Shown here piece after piece: positions 1-9,557 of a DNA stretch of 64,000 bases (positions are counted from its first letter, which is position 1; every line of letters starts with the position of its first letter). The stretch comes from Gemmatimonadota bacterium (GTDB lineage: Bacteria; Gemmatimonadota; Gemmatimonadetes; Palauibacterales; Palauibacteraceae), in NCBI GenBank assembly GCA_965116475.1, contig OZ220691.1:736001-800000 (forward strand), written 5' to 3'. The notes beneath the pieces were generated by a model. That model saw only the letters and a program-made list of their open reading frames with translations, was not told where the DNA came from and searched no databases. The position numbers and the translations under genes are program-made.

Positions 1-187
1 AGAGCGGGATGGCGATGAGCGGAAACGAGGTCGCCCCGTCGAACAGCACGAGGCCGGCGTTGGGGAGCATGGCGACGCCGCCCGAGGCGACGATGGCGAC
101 GAGCGCCACGATGCCGAGCGCGATCGCGATGGGGATGCCGAGGGCGATGAGGAGCAGCAGGCCCACGAAGAGGACGAGAAGCGTCAC
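1..187 (-). CDS. dctM: TRAP transporter large permease (DctM), N-terminal part; runs off the window
   Basis: My translation from GTG at 187 (GTGA overlap with dctQ stop): VTLLVLFVGLLLLIALGIPIAIALG...SFPLIAIP, a typical DctM N-terminus. Follows dctP-dctQ. Confidence 0.85.
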   Translation of the reverse strand, partial: MTLLVLFVGLLLLIALGIPIAIALGIVALVAIVASGGVAMLPNAGLVLFDGATSFPLIAIPL

Positions 188-687
188 GGCTCGCCCTCCC
201 CCGCCGGCGGCGCCTCCGCGTCGCGGGCCTCCACCTCGGAGAGGGCGTCCCTCAGCCCCAGGAGCTGCGCGACGATGAAGAGGACGGCGCCGATGGGGAT
301 GACGGACTGTGCCAGCGCCGCAGGCACGGAGGGCAGGCTCACGAGCGTCGTCCCCTCGAGCACGCGGACGACCTGCCAGCCCGCCCACGCGACGGCGGCG
401 AAGAAGGCGATGATGGCGCCCTCGGCCGCGAGCACGACGGCGACCCGCCAGCGCCCCGTCAGGCGCTCCGCCAGCGTGGGCACGCCGATATGCGCCCGGC
501 GCAGCGCCGCGAGCGCCGCCCCGTAGTAGGTGAGCCAGGCGAGGAGGATCGACGCCACCTCGTCGTACCACACGAGCGCCGCCCCCGCCTTCCGGAAACC
601 GACGCCCACCACGACGACCAGGGCGAGCGCCGCCAGGAGGACGAGCACCGCCCCCTCGAGGAAGCGCCGCACGCCCGTCCTCAGCAT
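184..687 (-). CDS. dctQ: TRAP transporter small permease (DctQ)
   Basis: 167 aa with 4 hydrophobic segments and WYDEVA...WLTYYGAALA...HI motif; lies between dctP and dctM. Confidence 0.85.
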   Translation of the reverse strand: MLRTGVRRFLEGAVLVLLAALALVVVVGVGFRKAGAALVWYDEVASILLAWLTYYGAALAALRRAHIGVPTLAERLTGRWRVAVVLAAEGAIIAFFAAVAWAGWQVVRVLEGTTLVSLPSVPAALAQSVIPIGAVLFIVAQLLGLRDALSEVEARDAEAPPAGEGEP

Positions 688-730
688 GGAGCCGCCGCGC
701 GCGGCGCCACCCTGCCCCCGCGGCGAGCCG

Positions 731-1792
731 CTATGAGCCCGCCTCTCCGGAGCCGGCCTCTCCAGAGCCGGCCGCCCGCGCCCGGTCGATGAGGGACTGT
801 CCCCCCTCGACGGTCGCCGCGAACTCGTCGTACACGGGCTCGCTGGCGGACTCGAAGCGGGCCGGCTCCGCCCCGTTGATCTCCATCTCCGTGGCCTCGA
901 GCTCGGCGAGCAACTCCCCGTCCATGCGCGCCGCCGTCTCGTACACGAACGCCTGCATCTCCCGCGCGATCGCCTCCACCTCGGCGCGCACGTCCTCCGG
1001 GTGGCGCTCCCAGCGCCCGGCGCCCGTCGTGACGAAGGCGGGGCTGTACACGTGTCCCGTGAGGGAGAGGTAGTCCTGCACCTCGTGCAGCTTGGAACTC
1101 GTCACCTGCGTGAGCGGGTTCTCCTGTCCGTCCATCACCCCCGTCTGGAGCGCGACGAAGACCTCGGAGAAGGGCATCGGCGTCGGGTTCGCGCCCAGCG
1201 CCTGGAAGAGCTTCACGCGCCACACGCCGCGCGGCGTCCGCAGCTTGATCCCGTCCAGGTCCTCCGGCCCGTGGATGGGTCGGCGGGAGTTGGTGATGTG
1301 ACGGAACCCGTTCTCCCACACCGCGAGGATCCGGTAACCGGCCTCCTCCGCGCGGGGCGCGAGTTCGGGCCACACGACGGCTTCCTCGATCCGCCGCATG
1401 TGCTCGCGGTCGCGGACGAGGTACGGCATCTCGAACAGGCCGAACGCGTCCACCATCGAGGACATGATCGTGGAAGGGATGGACATGTCGAGCGTGCCGA
1501 GCCGCAGCCGCTGCAGCATGGCGTCGTCGCCGCCGAGCTGGCTCGCGCCGTAGACGTGGAGTTCGGCCCGGCCGGCGAGCCGTTCGTTCACGCGGCGTGC
1601 GAACTCGTTGGCCGTCACGTCGTAGAGCGAACCGGGAGAGCCGACGTGGCCCAGGGAGAGTTCGACGACCCCGGTTTCCCCGCCCGCTCCACCGCACCCG
1701 AAGCCGGCGAGCGCCGCGGCGACCGACGCGGCGGCGAGCACCGGAGTCCGCATCCGAGTCCGCGCCAGAGTCCGTCCCGCGGGCCGCTTCAT
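731..1792 (-). CDS. dctP: TRAP transporter substrate-binding lipoprotein (DctP)
   Basis: ENGFRHIT, GIKLRT, PMPFSEVFVALQTGVMDGQENP motifs; lipobox-like GFGC; ATG at 1792 overlaps the upstream stop (ATGA). Confidence 0.9.
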   Translation of the reverse strand: MKRPAGRTLARTRMRTPVLAAASVAAALAGFGCGGAGGETGVVELSLGHVGSPGSLYDVTANEFARRVNERLAGRAELHVYGASQLGGDDAMLQRLRLGTLDMSIPSTIMSSMVDAFGLFEMPYLVRDREHMRRIEEAVVWPELAPRAEEAGYRILAVWENGFRHITNSRRPIHGPEDLDGIKLRTPRGVWRVKLFQALGANPTPMPFSEVFVALQTGVMDGQENPLTQVTSSKLHEVQDYLSLTGHVYSPAFVTTGAGRWERHPEDVRAEVEAIAREMQAFVYETAARMDGELLAELEATEMEINGAEPARFESASEPVYDEFAATVEGGQSLIDRARAAGSGEAGSGEAGS

Positions 1793-2997
1793 GCCCGGGC
1801 CAGAAAGTCGGCGGCGGCCGCCAGGCCGCCCGGTTCGTGCGCGATCCCGCTCGTCTTCAGTCCCATCTCCACCCCGGCCAGCGCTCCCATCAGCGTGAGT
1901 TCGTTGAGGTCCCCGAGGTGCCCGATCCGGAACACCTTCCCCCTGAGGGGCCCGAGACCCGTCCCCAGCGACATGTCGAAGCGCTCGAGCACGGCGAGAC
2001 GGAACGCTTCGGCGTCCTCCCCGTCCCCGACCATCACGGTCGTCCCGGCGCTCGACACCGCCTTCGGATCCTGACAGTAGTTGCGCAGACCCCAAGCGGC
2101 GACGGCCCGGCGCGTGGCCTCGGCGTGGCGGGCGTGGCGGGCGAAGGTGGCGTCGGCCCCTTCCTCCCGCAGCATCGCGAGCGACGTCTCGAGCCCGTAG
2201 AGGAGCGTCGTGGGCGGCGTGTAGGGGAAGTAGCCGCCCTCGTTGTCCCGCAGCATCGCCGTCCAGTCAAAGTAGGCGCGCGGCGTCCCGGGGCCCGCGC
2301 GGTGGCGGGCGAGCGCCTTCTCGCTCACGGCGCAGAATCCCAGTCCCGGCGGGAGCATGAGCCCCTTCTGCGAGCCGCACACGGTGACGTCCACGCCCCA
2401 TTCGGCCTGACGGAAGGGGGTGGCGGCGAGCGAGGAGACGGCGTCGACCAGGAGGAGCGCGGGATGGCCGGCCTCGTCCAGCGCGTTGCGCACGGCGGCG
2501 ATGTTGCTGGTGACGCCGGTCGAGGTCTCGTTGTGGACGACGAGCACGGCGCAAGTGCCTCGCTTTCCGTCCTCCACATCCTCCGCCAGGTGCGCGGCGA
2601 TGCGGGCGGGGTCCGCGGGGCGCCGCCAGTCTCCGTCGACGACCTCCACCCGCAGCCCGAGGGCCCGTCCCACCTCTCCCCACTTCGAGGCGAAGAACCC
2701 GTTGTTCCACAGGAGGACGCGGTCGCCGGGGGAAAGGACGTTGGCGAGGGCGCTCTCCCAGCAGCCGGTGGCGGAGGATGGGAAGATGAAGACGTGCGCG
2801 GGGTCCCCGAACACCCATTTCAACCCGTCGAACAACCCGAGCGTCATCTCCCCGAACTCGGGTCCGCGGTGGTCGATGACGGACCGGTTCATGGCCCGGA
2901 ATACGCGTTCGGGCACCGGGGTCGGGCCCGGAAGCTGGAGGAAGTGTCTGCCGCTGCGGTAGGTCAAGGGTGGCTCGCTCTTGTCAGGTCGGGGCAT
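1789..2997 (-). CDS. Class V PLP aminotransferase, serine/alanine-glyoxylate aminotransferase-like
   Basis: GRHFLQLPGPT, VHNETSTGV, VDAVSSL, GSQKGLMLPPG (PLP lysine), FRIGHLG. Confidence 0.9.
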   Translation of the reverse strand: MPRPDKSEPPLTYRSGRHFLQLPGPTPVPERVFRAMNRSVIDHRGPEFGEMTLGLFDGLKWVFGDPAHVFIFPSSATGCWESALANVLSPGDRVLLWNNGFFASKWGEVGRALGLRVEVVDGDWRRPADPARIAAHLAEDVEDGKRGTCAVLVVHNETSTGVTSNIAAVRNALDEAGHPALLLVDAVSSLAATPFRQAEWGVDVTVCGSQKGLMLPPGLGFCAVSEKALARHRAGPGTPRAYFDWTAMLRDNEGGYFPYTPPTTLLYGLETSLAMLREEGADATFARHARHAEATRRAVAAWGLRNYCQDPKAVSSAGTTVMVGDGEDAEAFRLAVLERFDMSLGTGLGPLRGKVFRIGHLGDLNELTLMGALAGVEMGLKTSGIAHEPGGLAAAADFLARA

Positions 2998-3017
2998 CCG
3001 CCGATACAACTTGGCTC

Positions 3018-6008
3018 GTGACCCGCCCAATCTCTCACGACCGCGCCGGTTCGCAACGGCCCCGGCCCGGACCCGCCGCTCCGTCTGCGGCCCGGCTCGA
3101 AGCTCGACTTCGGACGGGCCTCGGGGGAGAGGTCCGGTTCGACCGCTTCACGCGCGGGCTGTACAGCACGGATGCGTCCATCTACCAGGTCGAGCCGCTG
3201 GGCGTGGTGTTCCCGGAATCCGCCGGCGACGTGCGGCGGGCGGTGGAACTCGCAGGCGAGCACGGGACTTCGGTCGTCGTGCGCGGGGCCGGGACGTCGC
3301 AGAGCGGCCAGTCGATCGGGCGGGGCGTGATCCTCGACACGAGCCGGGGGCTGGACGGGGTGCTCGACTTCGATCCGGCCGCCCGGCGCGTCGTGGTCGA
3401 GCCGGGGATCGTGCTGGACCGGCTGAACGCGTTCCTGCGGCCGCACGGGCTCTTCTTCCCGATCGACGTGGCGACGTCGAGCCGCGCCACGCTGGGGGGC
3501 ATGGCCGGCAACAACAGCGCGGGATCGCGCTCGGTGCGGTACGGCCACATGGTCGAGCACGTCCGGGGCATCGAGGCGGTGCTTGCGGATGGCCGGCGGG
3601 CCGAGTTCCGCCGCGACGCCAGGCCGGGCGCGGCCCCCGGGGACAGCCGCGGAGACAGCCTCGGGGACCGGCTCGGAGACAGCCTCGGGGCCGACATGCG
3701 GGGGCTGTACCGGCGCGAGGCGGACGAACTGGCGCGGCGGGTGCCGGACGTCCCCCGCCACGTGGCCGGCTATGCGCTGCACCGCCTGGGCCGGGAGGGC
3801 GCCGGGCTGTCGGACCTTCTCGTGGGTTCGGAGGGAACGCTCGCGCTCTTCACCGCGCTCGAACTCGACGTTCAGCCCATTCCCTCGGTGCGCGCGCTCG
3901 GCGTGTGCCGCTTCGACGGGACCGGCGAGGCGCTGGCCGCGGTCCCGGCGATCGTCGCCCTCGAACCAACGGCGGTGGAACTGTTCGACGCGACCGTGCT
4001 CGGGCTGGCCGCGCAGATGCCGAGTTTCGAGCGGGTGCTGCGGCAACTCGGGGAGGACGGGAGCGGCCCGCCGCGCGACATCCTCGTCGTCGAGTTCGCA
4101 GGGGACGATCCGGAGCGCGTCTCCGCCTCCCTCTCGGCCCTCGAGTCCGCGCTGGGCGGGATCGCGGTGGGCGTCGTCCGCGCGGAATCCCCCGCCTTCC
4201 AGGCCCGCATCTGGGCGATGCGCAAGGCGGGGCTCAGCATCTCCATGTCCCAACCCGCCGATCGCAAGCCGCTCGCCTTCATCGAGGACTGCGCGATCCC
4301 GCTCGAGCGGCTGCCGGAGTGGTACCGCCGGCTCACGGAGATCATCGACCGCCACGCCACCCACGCCGTCTGGTACGCGCACGCATCCGTCGGCTGTCTC
4401 CACGTGCGGCCGGCGCTGGACCTGCGCGACGGGGACGATGTGGAGCGGCTGCGCGCGATCGCGGTCGACGCCTTCGCGCTCGCGGCCGAACTGGACGGAT
4501 CCCATTCGGGCGAGCACGGGGACGGCTGGATCCGGTCCGAGTTCCTCGAACCGATGCTGGGCGCGCGCCTCGTCTCCGCCTTCGGCGAGATCAAGCGGCG
4601 CTTCGATCCGGGCGACCGCTTGAACCCCGGGAAGATCGTCGACCCGCCCCGCATGAACGATCCCTCACTGCTGCGGGCCCGATACGGACTGGAGACCCGA
4701 AAGCTCCCGACGGCGCTTGACTGGGGGAAGTGGGGAGGGTTCTCGCCGGCCGTCGACATGTGCAACAACAACGGGACCTGCCTCAAGCGGAGCCCCGGCG
4801 TGATGTGCCCGTCCTTCCGCGCCACGAGCGACGAACGGCATTCGACGCGCGGGCGCGCCAACGCCCTGCGGCTGGCGCTGTCGGGGCAGTTGGGGGACGA
4901 CCCGTGGACATCGCCGGAGCTGTACGAGGCGATGGACCTGTGCCTGGGCTGCAAGGGGTGTCGCCGCGAGTGTCCGACGGGCGTGGACATGGCGCGCATG
5001 AAGGTGGAGTTCCTGCACCGGCTGCGCGCCGAGCAGCCGCTCTCGCCGCGGGACCGGGCGCTCGCCTATCTGCCCCGCTACGCGCCGCTGCTTTCGCGCA
5101 TGGCTCCGCTCGTGAACCTGCGGAACCGAATCCCCGCGCTCGCCCGCCTCGGCGAGCAAGTGGCGGGTCTCGCGGCCGACCGGCCGCTCCCACGCTGGTC
5201 GTCGCAGCCGTTCTCCCTGCCGTCCCGGCTCTCCGCCCGGGAGAATGGCGGGTCGAGGGTCGCGCTCTTCGTCGACACCTTCACGCGCTATTTCGAGCCG
5301 GAGAACGCCCGCGCCGCCGTTCGGGTGCTGTCGAGGGCGGGCTATCGGGTGGAGGAGGCCGATACTGCGGGCCGGCCGCTCTGCTGCGGGCGCACCTTCC
5401 TCAACGCGGGCCTCGTCGAGGAGGCGCGTGTCGAACTCGACCGCACCGTCCGGGCGCTGAGCCGGTTCGTGGCGCGCGGGATCCCGGTGGTGGGACTCGA
5501 ACCGTCATGCCTCCTCACGCTGCGCGACGAACTGCCCGCCCTGGACTCCGGGCCCGAGGCGGCCGAAGTCGCGGATCAAGCCCGGCTGCTGACCGAATGG
5601 CTCGTCGAAGCGGCGGCGCTCGACCGGCTTGACCTCGCTCCCCTCCCCGTCCGGCGCGTCCGCGTCCACGGGCACTGCCACGAGAAGGCGTTCGGCGCGG
5701 ACGGCCCGACGCTGGAGGTCCTCCGCGCGATCCCCGACCTCGAGGTCGAACCGATCCCCGCCGGCTGCTGCGGGATGGCCGGTTCCTTCGGCTACGAGGC
5801 CGAACACGCGGAGGTCTCCCGCCGCGTCGCCGAACTCGAACTCCTCCCCGCCGTCCGAGAGTTGCGAGAGGACGAATGGCTCGTCGCCAACGGCACAAGC
5901 TGCCGCCACCAGGTCGCCGACCTCGCCAACGCAACGGCCCACCACGTCGTCACGGTGCTGTCGGACGCGCTCGCCGGTACGGCGCGCCACAACCAACCGC
6001 CCTCTTGA
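3018..6008 (+). CDS. FAD-linked oxidase fused to 4Fe-4S/CCG domains (GlcD/GlcF- or YdiJ-like 2-hydroxyacid dehydrogenase)
   Basis: YSTDASIY, RGAGTSQSGQ, GGMAGNNSAG, GSEGT, SGEHGDG, CxxCxxCxxxCP and CCG motifs. Start estimated at GTG 3018. Confidence 0.88.
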   Translation: MTRPISHDRAGSQRPRPGPAAPSAARLEARLRTGLGGEVRFDRFTRGLYSTDASIYQVEPLGVVFPESAGDVRRAVELAGEHGTSVVVRGAGTSQSGQSIGRGVILDTSRGLDGVLDFDPAARRVVVEPGIVLDRLNAFLRPHGLFFPIDVATSSRATLGGMAGNNSAGSRSVRYGHMVEHVRGIEAVLADGRRAEFRRDARPGAAPGDSRGDSLGDRLGDSLGADMRGLYRREADELARRVPDVPRHVAGYALHRLGREGAGLSDLLVGSEGTLALFTALELDVQPIPSVRALGVCRFDGTGEALAAVPAIVALEPTAVELFDATVLGLAAQMPSFERVLRQLGEDGSGPPRDILVVEFAGDDPERVSASLSALESALGGIAVGVVRAESPAFQARIWAMRKAGLSISMSQPADRKPLAFIEDCAIPLERLPEWYRRLTEIIDRHATHAVWYAHASVGCLHVRPALDLRDGDDVERLRAIAVDAFALAAELDGSHSGEHGDGWIRSEFLEPMLGARLVSAFGEIKRRFDPGDRLNPGKIVDPPRMNDPSLLRARYGLETRKLPTALDWGKWGGFSPAVDMCNNNGTCLKRSPGVMCPSFRATSDERHSTRGRANALRLALSGQLGDDPWTSPELYEAMDLCLGCKGCRRECPTGVDMARMKVEFLHRLRAEQPLSPRDRALAYLPRYAPLLSRMAPLVNLRNRIPALARLGEQVAGLAADRPLPRWSSQPFSLPSRLSARENGGSRVALFVDTFTRYFEPENARAAVRVLSRAGYRVEEADTAGRPLCCGRTFLNAGLVEEARVELDRTVRALSRFVARGIPVVGLEPSCLLTLRDELPALDSGPEAAEVADQARLLTEWLVEAAALDRLDLAPLPVRRVRVHGHCHEKAFGADGPTLEVLRAIPDLEVEPIPAGCCGMAGSFGYEAEHAEVSRRVAELELLPAVRELREDEWLVANGTSCRHQVADLANATAHHVVTVLSDALAGTARHNQPPS

Positions 6009-6021
6009 CGCGTCCGTGTTC

Positions 6022-7170
6022 TTACCCTCCAGGCCGTGTGCTCATCCAGTCGCACTCCTCGTCCGAGACCAGGTACATCCGAATCCAGGTCTCAAGCATC
6101 TCCGAATCGTCGATTCGCCGGTCCAGGACGAATAGCGTATCGCCCCGGAAGGTTTCCATCGGTCGAATGTCGAAGTCGTGCGGCACGAGGGTGTCCACAC
6201 ACGCTTGTGAGAGGTCTGGCGAGAGGATCCCGACCCAGGTCTTGGCGGTGAGCACCGGCATCGGTTCCATCTTCAGTGCCGTCTGGTCGTGGTGGGTGAA
6301 CAGGAAACCGCCGCCCGGCCGCGGGAAAAGTTGGCGCAGTCGCGAACTCTCCTCCAACTGCTCGCGGTACGGGATGCGCTCGATGTCGATGCGTTCCCTG
6401 AGGTCGGCCGGGACCCCCTTCCTCCTCGCCACCGGGATGTCCAGCGTGTCCACTGCCTCGCCCCGCAGGTTCAGGACGAACATCTCGTCCAGCCCGGACC
6501 AGCCCTGCACAAACCGTCCGTCGGCGTACGCAAGCGAACCGATCCGAAAAAGGCTCGCATAGGACCAGTTGTCGGTGCTGAGCGACGCGACGTATTCCCG
6601 GGGGAGTCCGCCCATGCTCGTGAATTCGTCCGTGGCCGGCCGCCAACGAGTCAGCGATGTTCCGCGCTGGAGCTCGAAATCCGTCATCCAGACGTCCTGG
6701 CCGATCACCACCGGGGGTGTGATTCCGCCCAGCGCGGGAAAGTCCACAACCCGAATCGTCTCTCCGGTGTTTCGGTCGAAGACGTTCACTCGCCGCGACC
6801 CTGTGGTCTGGGCGGCTACGGTCGAATCGTCGATGAGCATCGGAGTTCTGGGCCCGCCGCGAAACTCTCCCGGCCCCTCTCCCGGCCGTCCGTACACGAG
6901 CATCAGGCTGCCGTCTCTGCGGAACCTGAGGAGCCGTCCCGAGAAGATGTCCGGTATGTAGAAGGACCCGTCGAACGGGTCGATGACCGGAGTGTACGGA
7001 TTGCCGATGTACAGCGTGTCGGCTTCCGGCAGCAGAATGCTGTCGACGGCAGTGAGGGTTGGCCCCGCCGCGTCCGCGGTCACGGGATCGCCGGACTCGG
7101 AGCCGCAGCCCGGGATCAGGAACATGCCACCGGCGAACAGCGCGACGCCGACACGACGGGACCAGCCCAC
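6022..7170 (-). CDS. Lipoprotein, 6-bladed beta-propeller / NHL-like
   Basis: Signal peptide with lipobox-like IPGC; GRPGEGPGEFR motif typical of these propeller proteins. Confidence 0.75.
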   Translation of the reverse strand: MGWSRRVGVALFAGGMFLIPGCGSESGDPVTADAAGPTLTAVDSILLPEADTLYIGNPYTPVIDPFDGSFYIPDIFSGRLLRFRRDGSLMLVYGRPGEGPGEFRGGPRTPMLIDDSTVAAQTTGSRRVNVFDRNTGETIRVVDFPALGGITPPVVIGQDVWMTDFELQRGTSLTRWRPATDEFTSMGGLPREYVASLSTDNWSYASLFRIGSLAYADGRFVQGWSGLDEMFVLNLRGEAVDTLDIPVARRKGVPADLRERIDIERIPYREQLEESSRLRQLFPRPGGGFLFTHHDQTALKMEPMPVLTAKTWVGILSPDLSQACVDTLVPHDFDIRPMETFRGDTLFVLDRRIDDSEMLETWIRMYLVSDEECDWMSTRPGG

Positions 7171-7189
7171 TACCGTCCCCCGCGAATCT

Positions 7190-7633
7190 TCATTCCAACC
7201 GCGCGGACATCGCCCGGAGGTGCTCCCTGAGCGGCGGCGGGATCTCGATGCCCCGCCAGTTGCGGCTGCCGTGCTCGCGGCGGGCGCAGACGACGGTCCA
7301 GTCGCTGCGGGCGACGACTTCCCGCTCCCCGGAGCGGTCGACCGTGAACTCGGCGGCGTAGCGGATCGCCTTGCGGCGCACCTCGCGCACCCGAAGTCTC
7401 ACGTCGACCTCGTCGCCGTAGTGGACGGCGCCCAGGTAGTCGCACGAGACGGAGACGCGCGGCATCCCGAACACGGAGTCTTCGCTCCAGCGGAAGCCGA
7501 CGAGGTCGAACGACCGGTAGAGGGCGTGCTCGGCCTCCTCCATGAACTTCAGGAGCGCCGTGAAGTGGATGAGGTTCGCGGTGTCCGTATCCGCGAACTC
7601 CACGCGCCGCGTGTAGACGAACTCGGAAGCCAT
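7190..7633 (-). CDS. Acyl-CoA thioesterase (hotdog fold, 4HBT family)
   Basis: RVEFADTDTANLIHF...FMEEAE motif. Confidence 0.85.
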   Translation of the reverse strand: MASEFVYTRRVEFADTDTANLIHFTALLKFMEEAEHALYRSFDLVGFRWSEDSVFGMPRVSVSCDYLGAVHYGDEVDVRLRVREVRRKAIRYAAEFTVDRSGEREVVARSDWTVVCARREHGSRNWRGIEIPPPLREHLRAMSARLE

Positions 7634-7638
7634 GCGGC

Positions 7639-7647
7639 AATCTATCA
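7639..7647 (-). promoter_or_regulatory. Extended -10 element (TGaTAGATT) 5 nt upstream of the thioesterase ATG; probable leaderless promoter
   Basis: Minus strand reads gTGaTAGATTgccgcATG; no Shine-Dalgarno. Confidence 0.5.
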
Positions 7648-7712
7648 CCCCTTCGAACCCTGGCAGCCCGCGACCTGGACACGACACTCGGGTCTGCGGG
7701 CCGGGAGGCGCT

Positions 7713-8396
7713 GTGTCGGTTGAACCGAGGCACATCACGATCGAGCGGCGGGTGCGCTTCGCCGTGCTCGACCCGCACGAGCGGCCGGCGACCGAGATCT
7801 GGTTCGCCCTGCACGGATACCACCAGCTCGCCCACCGTTTCCTGCGCTATTTACAGCCGATTCACCGGGGCGCCCGGGGCATCGTCGCCCCCGAGGGGCT
7901 GCACCGGCACTACGTCGACCACGAGTCGCGGAAGGTCGGCGCCTCCTGGATGACGAGCGAAGACCGCCTCACGGATATCGAGGACTACGTCGGCTACCTC
8001 GACCGGCTTCACGCGCACGTCCTGGCCGAGGAGTCACGGCAAACGCCAGGCGCCTCGACGCCGCCGAGGATCGTCGGACTCGGGTTCTCGCAGGGGGTGC
8101 ACACGCTGTGCCGCTGGCTCGCGTTCGGCCGCGCCCGCATCGACCGGGCGATCCTGTGGGGCGCCACCGTCCCGCCCGACCTCGACCTGAGCGAGCACGG
8201 CGCCGCGCTCTCCGCCGCCGACCTCCACCTCGTCGTAGGCGACGAGGACGAGTACTACGACCGCGCCGCCATCGACGCCCATGAAGCGCGGTTACGCGCG
8301 GCCGGGATCGCCTTCACGTCCCACACCTATCCCGGCGGACACCGCCTCGACGCCGGACCCCTGCGGCGCCTCGCGGATCCCGGAGGAACGGGATAA
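7713..8396 (+). CDS. Alpha/beta hydrolase (phospholipase/carboxylesterase family)
   Basis: ALHGY, VGASWMT, GFSQG nucleophile elbow, GDEDEY, GGH; GGGAGG before GTG 7713. Confidence 0.85.
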   Translation: MSVEPRHITIERRVRFAVLDPHERPATEIWFALHGYHQLAHRFLRYLQPIHRGARGIVAPEGLHRHYVDHESRKVGASWMTSEDRLTDIEDYVGYLDRLHAHVLAEESRQTPGASTPPRIVGLGFSQGVHTLCRWLAFGRARIDRAILWGATVPPDLDLSEHGAALSAADLHLVVGDEDEYYDRAAIDAHEARLRAAGIAFTSHTYPGGHRLDAGPLRRLADPGGTG

Positions 8397-8435
8397 AGGC
8401 TTCGGCGCTGCCGTTCCTAACGAAGCCGACGTAGT

Positions 8436-9557
8436 TCACCGAATGGGTTCACCTGGTTGCAAGTCGCGATCCCAACCGTGAATCCACTCGACATCGTACC
8501 AATCCACGCGGCGCTCCGGCACTACACCGCCGGCATCCCGCACGACGAGAACTGCGAGCGTGTCCCCGAGGACATCCATCCCCAAGACCTTGTCCGCCAC
8601 CTGCAGCGTCAACGCGTACTCGGGACCTTTGTCGGTGAGTCGAAACATGTCGATGTAGCTGAGCGGGTGGACCACGTCGGTCCCGGCGTTCCAATGGGAC
8701 ACCGCCCAGAACCGCCGCTGGTCATCCACGACTCTCGGCCCGTACCACTCCTTCGGTCTGGCCCGGATCTCCTCCTCGTCGGGAGCCCAGGGCGCCGAGC
8801 GCAGAGTCCGTAGCTCCGACGCCACGTCCTCCGCGGTCGGGTATCGCTCCACATACGTCGGGGACCGCACGATCGCGGTGGGCCCCTCCGCGTCACGATC
8901 CGCATACCAGACGAGAACCTCGCCGTAGCAGGCCAGAAACAGGAGATCACCGCTTCCGTCCCCGTTCGCCAGCCGACGCATCCTCTGCAGAGGCGTCGAG
9001 CAACTCACGACCTCCGCTTCGTGCGGGAACGCTCGCGCCCACTGGACGCGACCTGTTGCCACGTCGATCTCCGCCTGCACGACCGGCCGGTCACCGTTTG
9101 AGTCAAGCCTCCTGTACCAACCAAGCACTGTCCCGTCCATCGCCTCGCGGCGGCTGGCGCTTAACCGGTCAGGGAGCCCACCCGTGGAAGCGAGGAACCC
9201 CCCCGACCCGGAGAACAGCGACAGGCGCTGCAGTCGCCGATCAATTACGCCAACGGTACCTGACGGGCCACGAAGTACGTCGCCCGGAAACGTGAACTCG
9301 CCTGGTCCCTCGCCTTCAGTACCAAACTCGACAGACTTGCCGCCGGGATCGATGCAGATCACGCGGTGCCAGTAGGACTCAATGACACATGCTGCACCGC
9401 CGCGCAGAAGCGTGAGCCCACTGCGTACGCTCAGCGGTGCCGGCGCGGAGGCAACCTGGTCGAGCTCGATTGGCTGAATTGCGATATCGGCCGGCTCGCC
9501 ACACGCCGCGGCGACCAGCGTAGTGACGAGCGCGGCCTGACGACGATTATTGGTCAC
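8436..9557 (-). CDS. Lipoprotein, 6-bladed beta-propeller / NHL-like
   Basis: Lipobox-like AAAC; GTEGEGPGEFTFP motif; same style as 6022-7170. Confidence 0.72.
   Translation of the reverse strand: MTNNRRQAALVTTLVAAACGEPADIAIQPIELDQVASAPAPLSVRSGLTLLRGGAACVIESYWHRVICIDPGGKSVEFGTEGEGPGEFTFPGDVLRGPSGTVGVIDRRLQRLSLFSGSGGFLASTGGLPDRLSASRREAMDGTVLGWYRRLDSNGDRPVVQAEIDVATGRVQWARAFPHEAEVVSCSTPLQRMRRLANGDGSGDLLFLACYGEVLVWYADRDAEGPTAIVRSPTYVERYPTAEDVASELRTLRSAPWAPDEEEIRARPKEWYGPRVVDDQRRFWAVSHWNAGTDVVHPLSYIDMFRLTDKGPEYALTLQVADKVLGMDVLGDTLAVLVVRDAGGVVPERRVDWYDVEWIHGWDRDLQPGEPIR

Noticed and set aside
8397..8435. Inverted repeat with GTTAGG after the propeller gene as an integron attC site
   Set aside because: Only a 7-bp stem (GGCTTCG/CGAAGCC), too short, no proper RYYYAAC...GTTRRRY pair and no integrase; more likely a weak hairpin between convergent genes.
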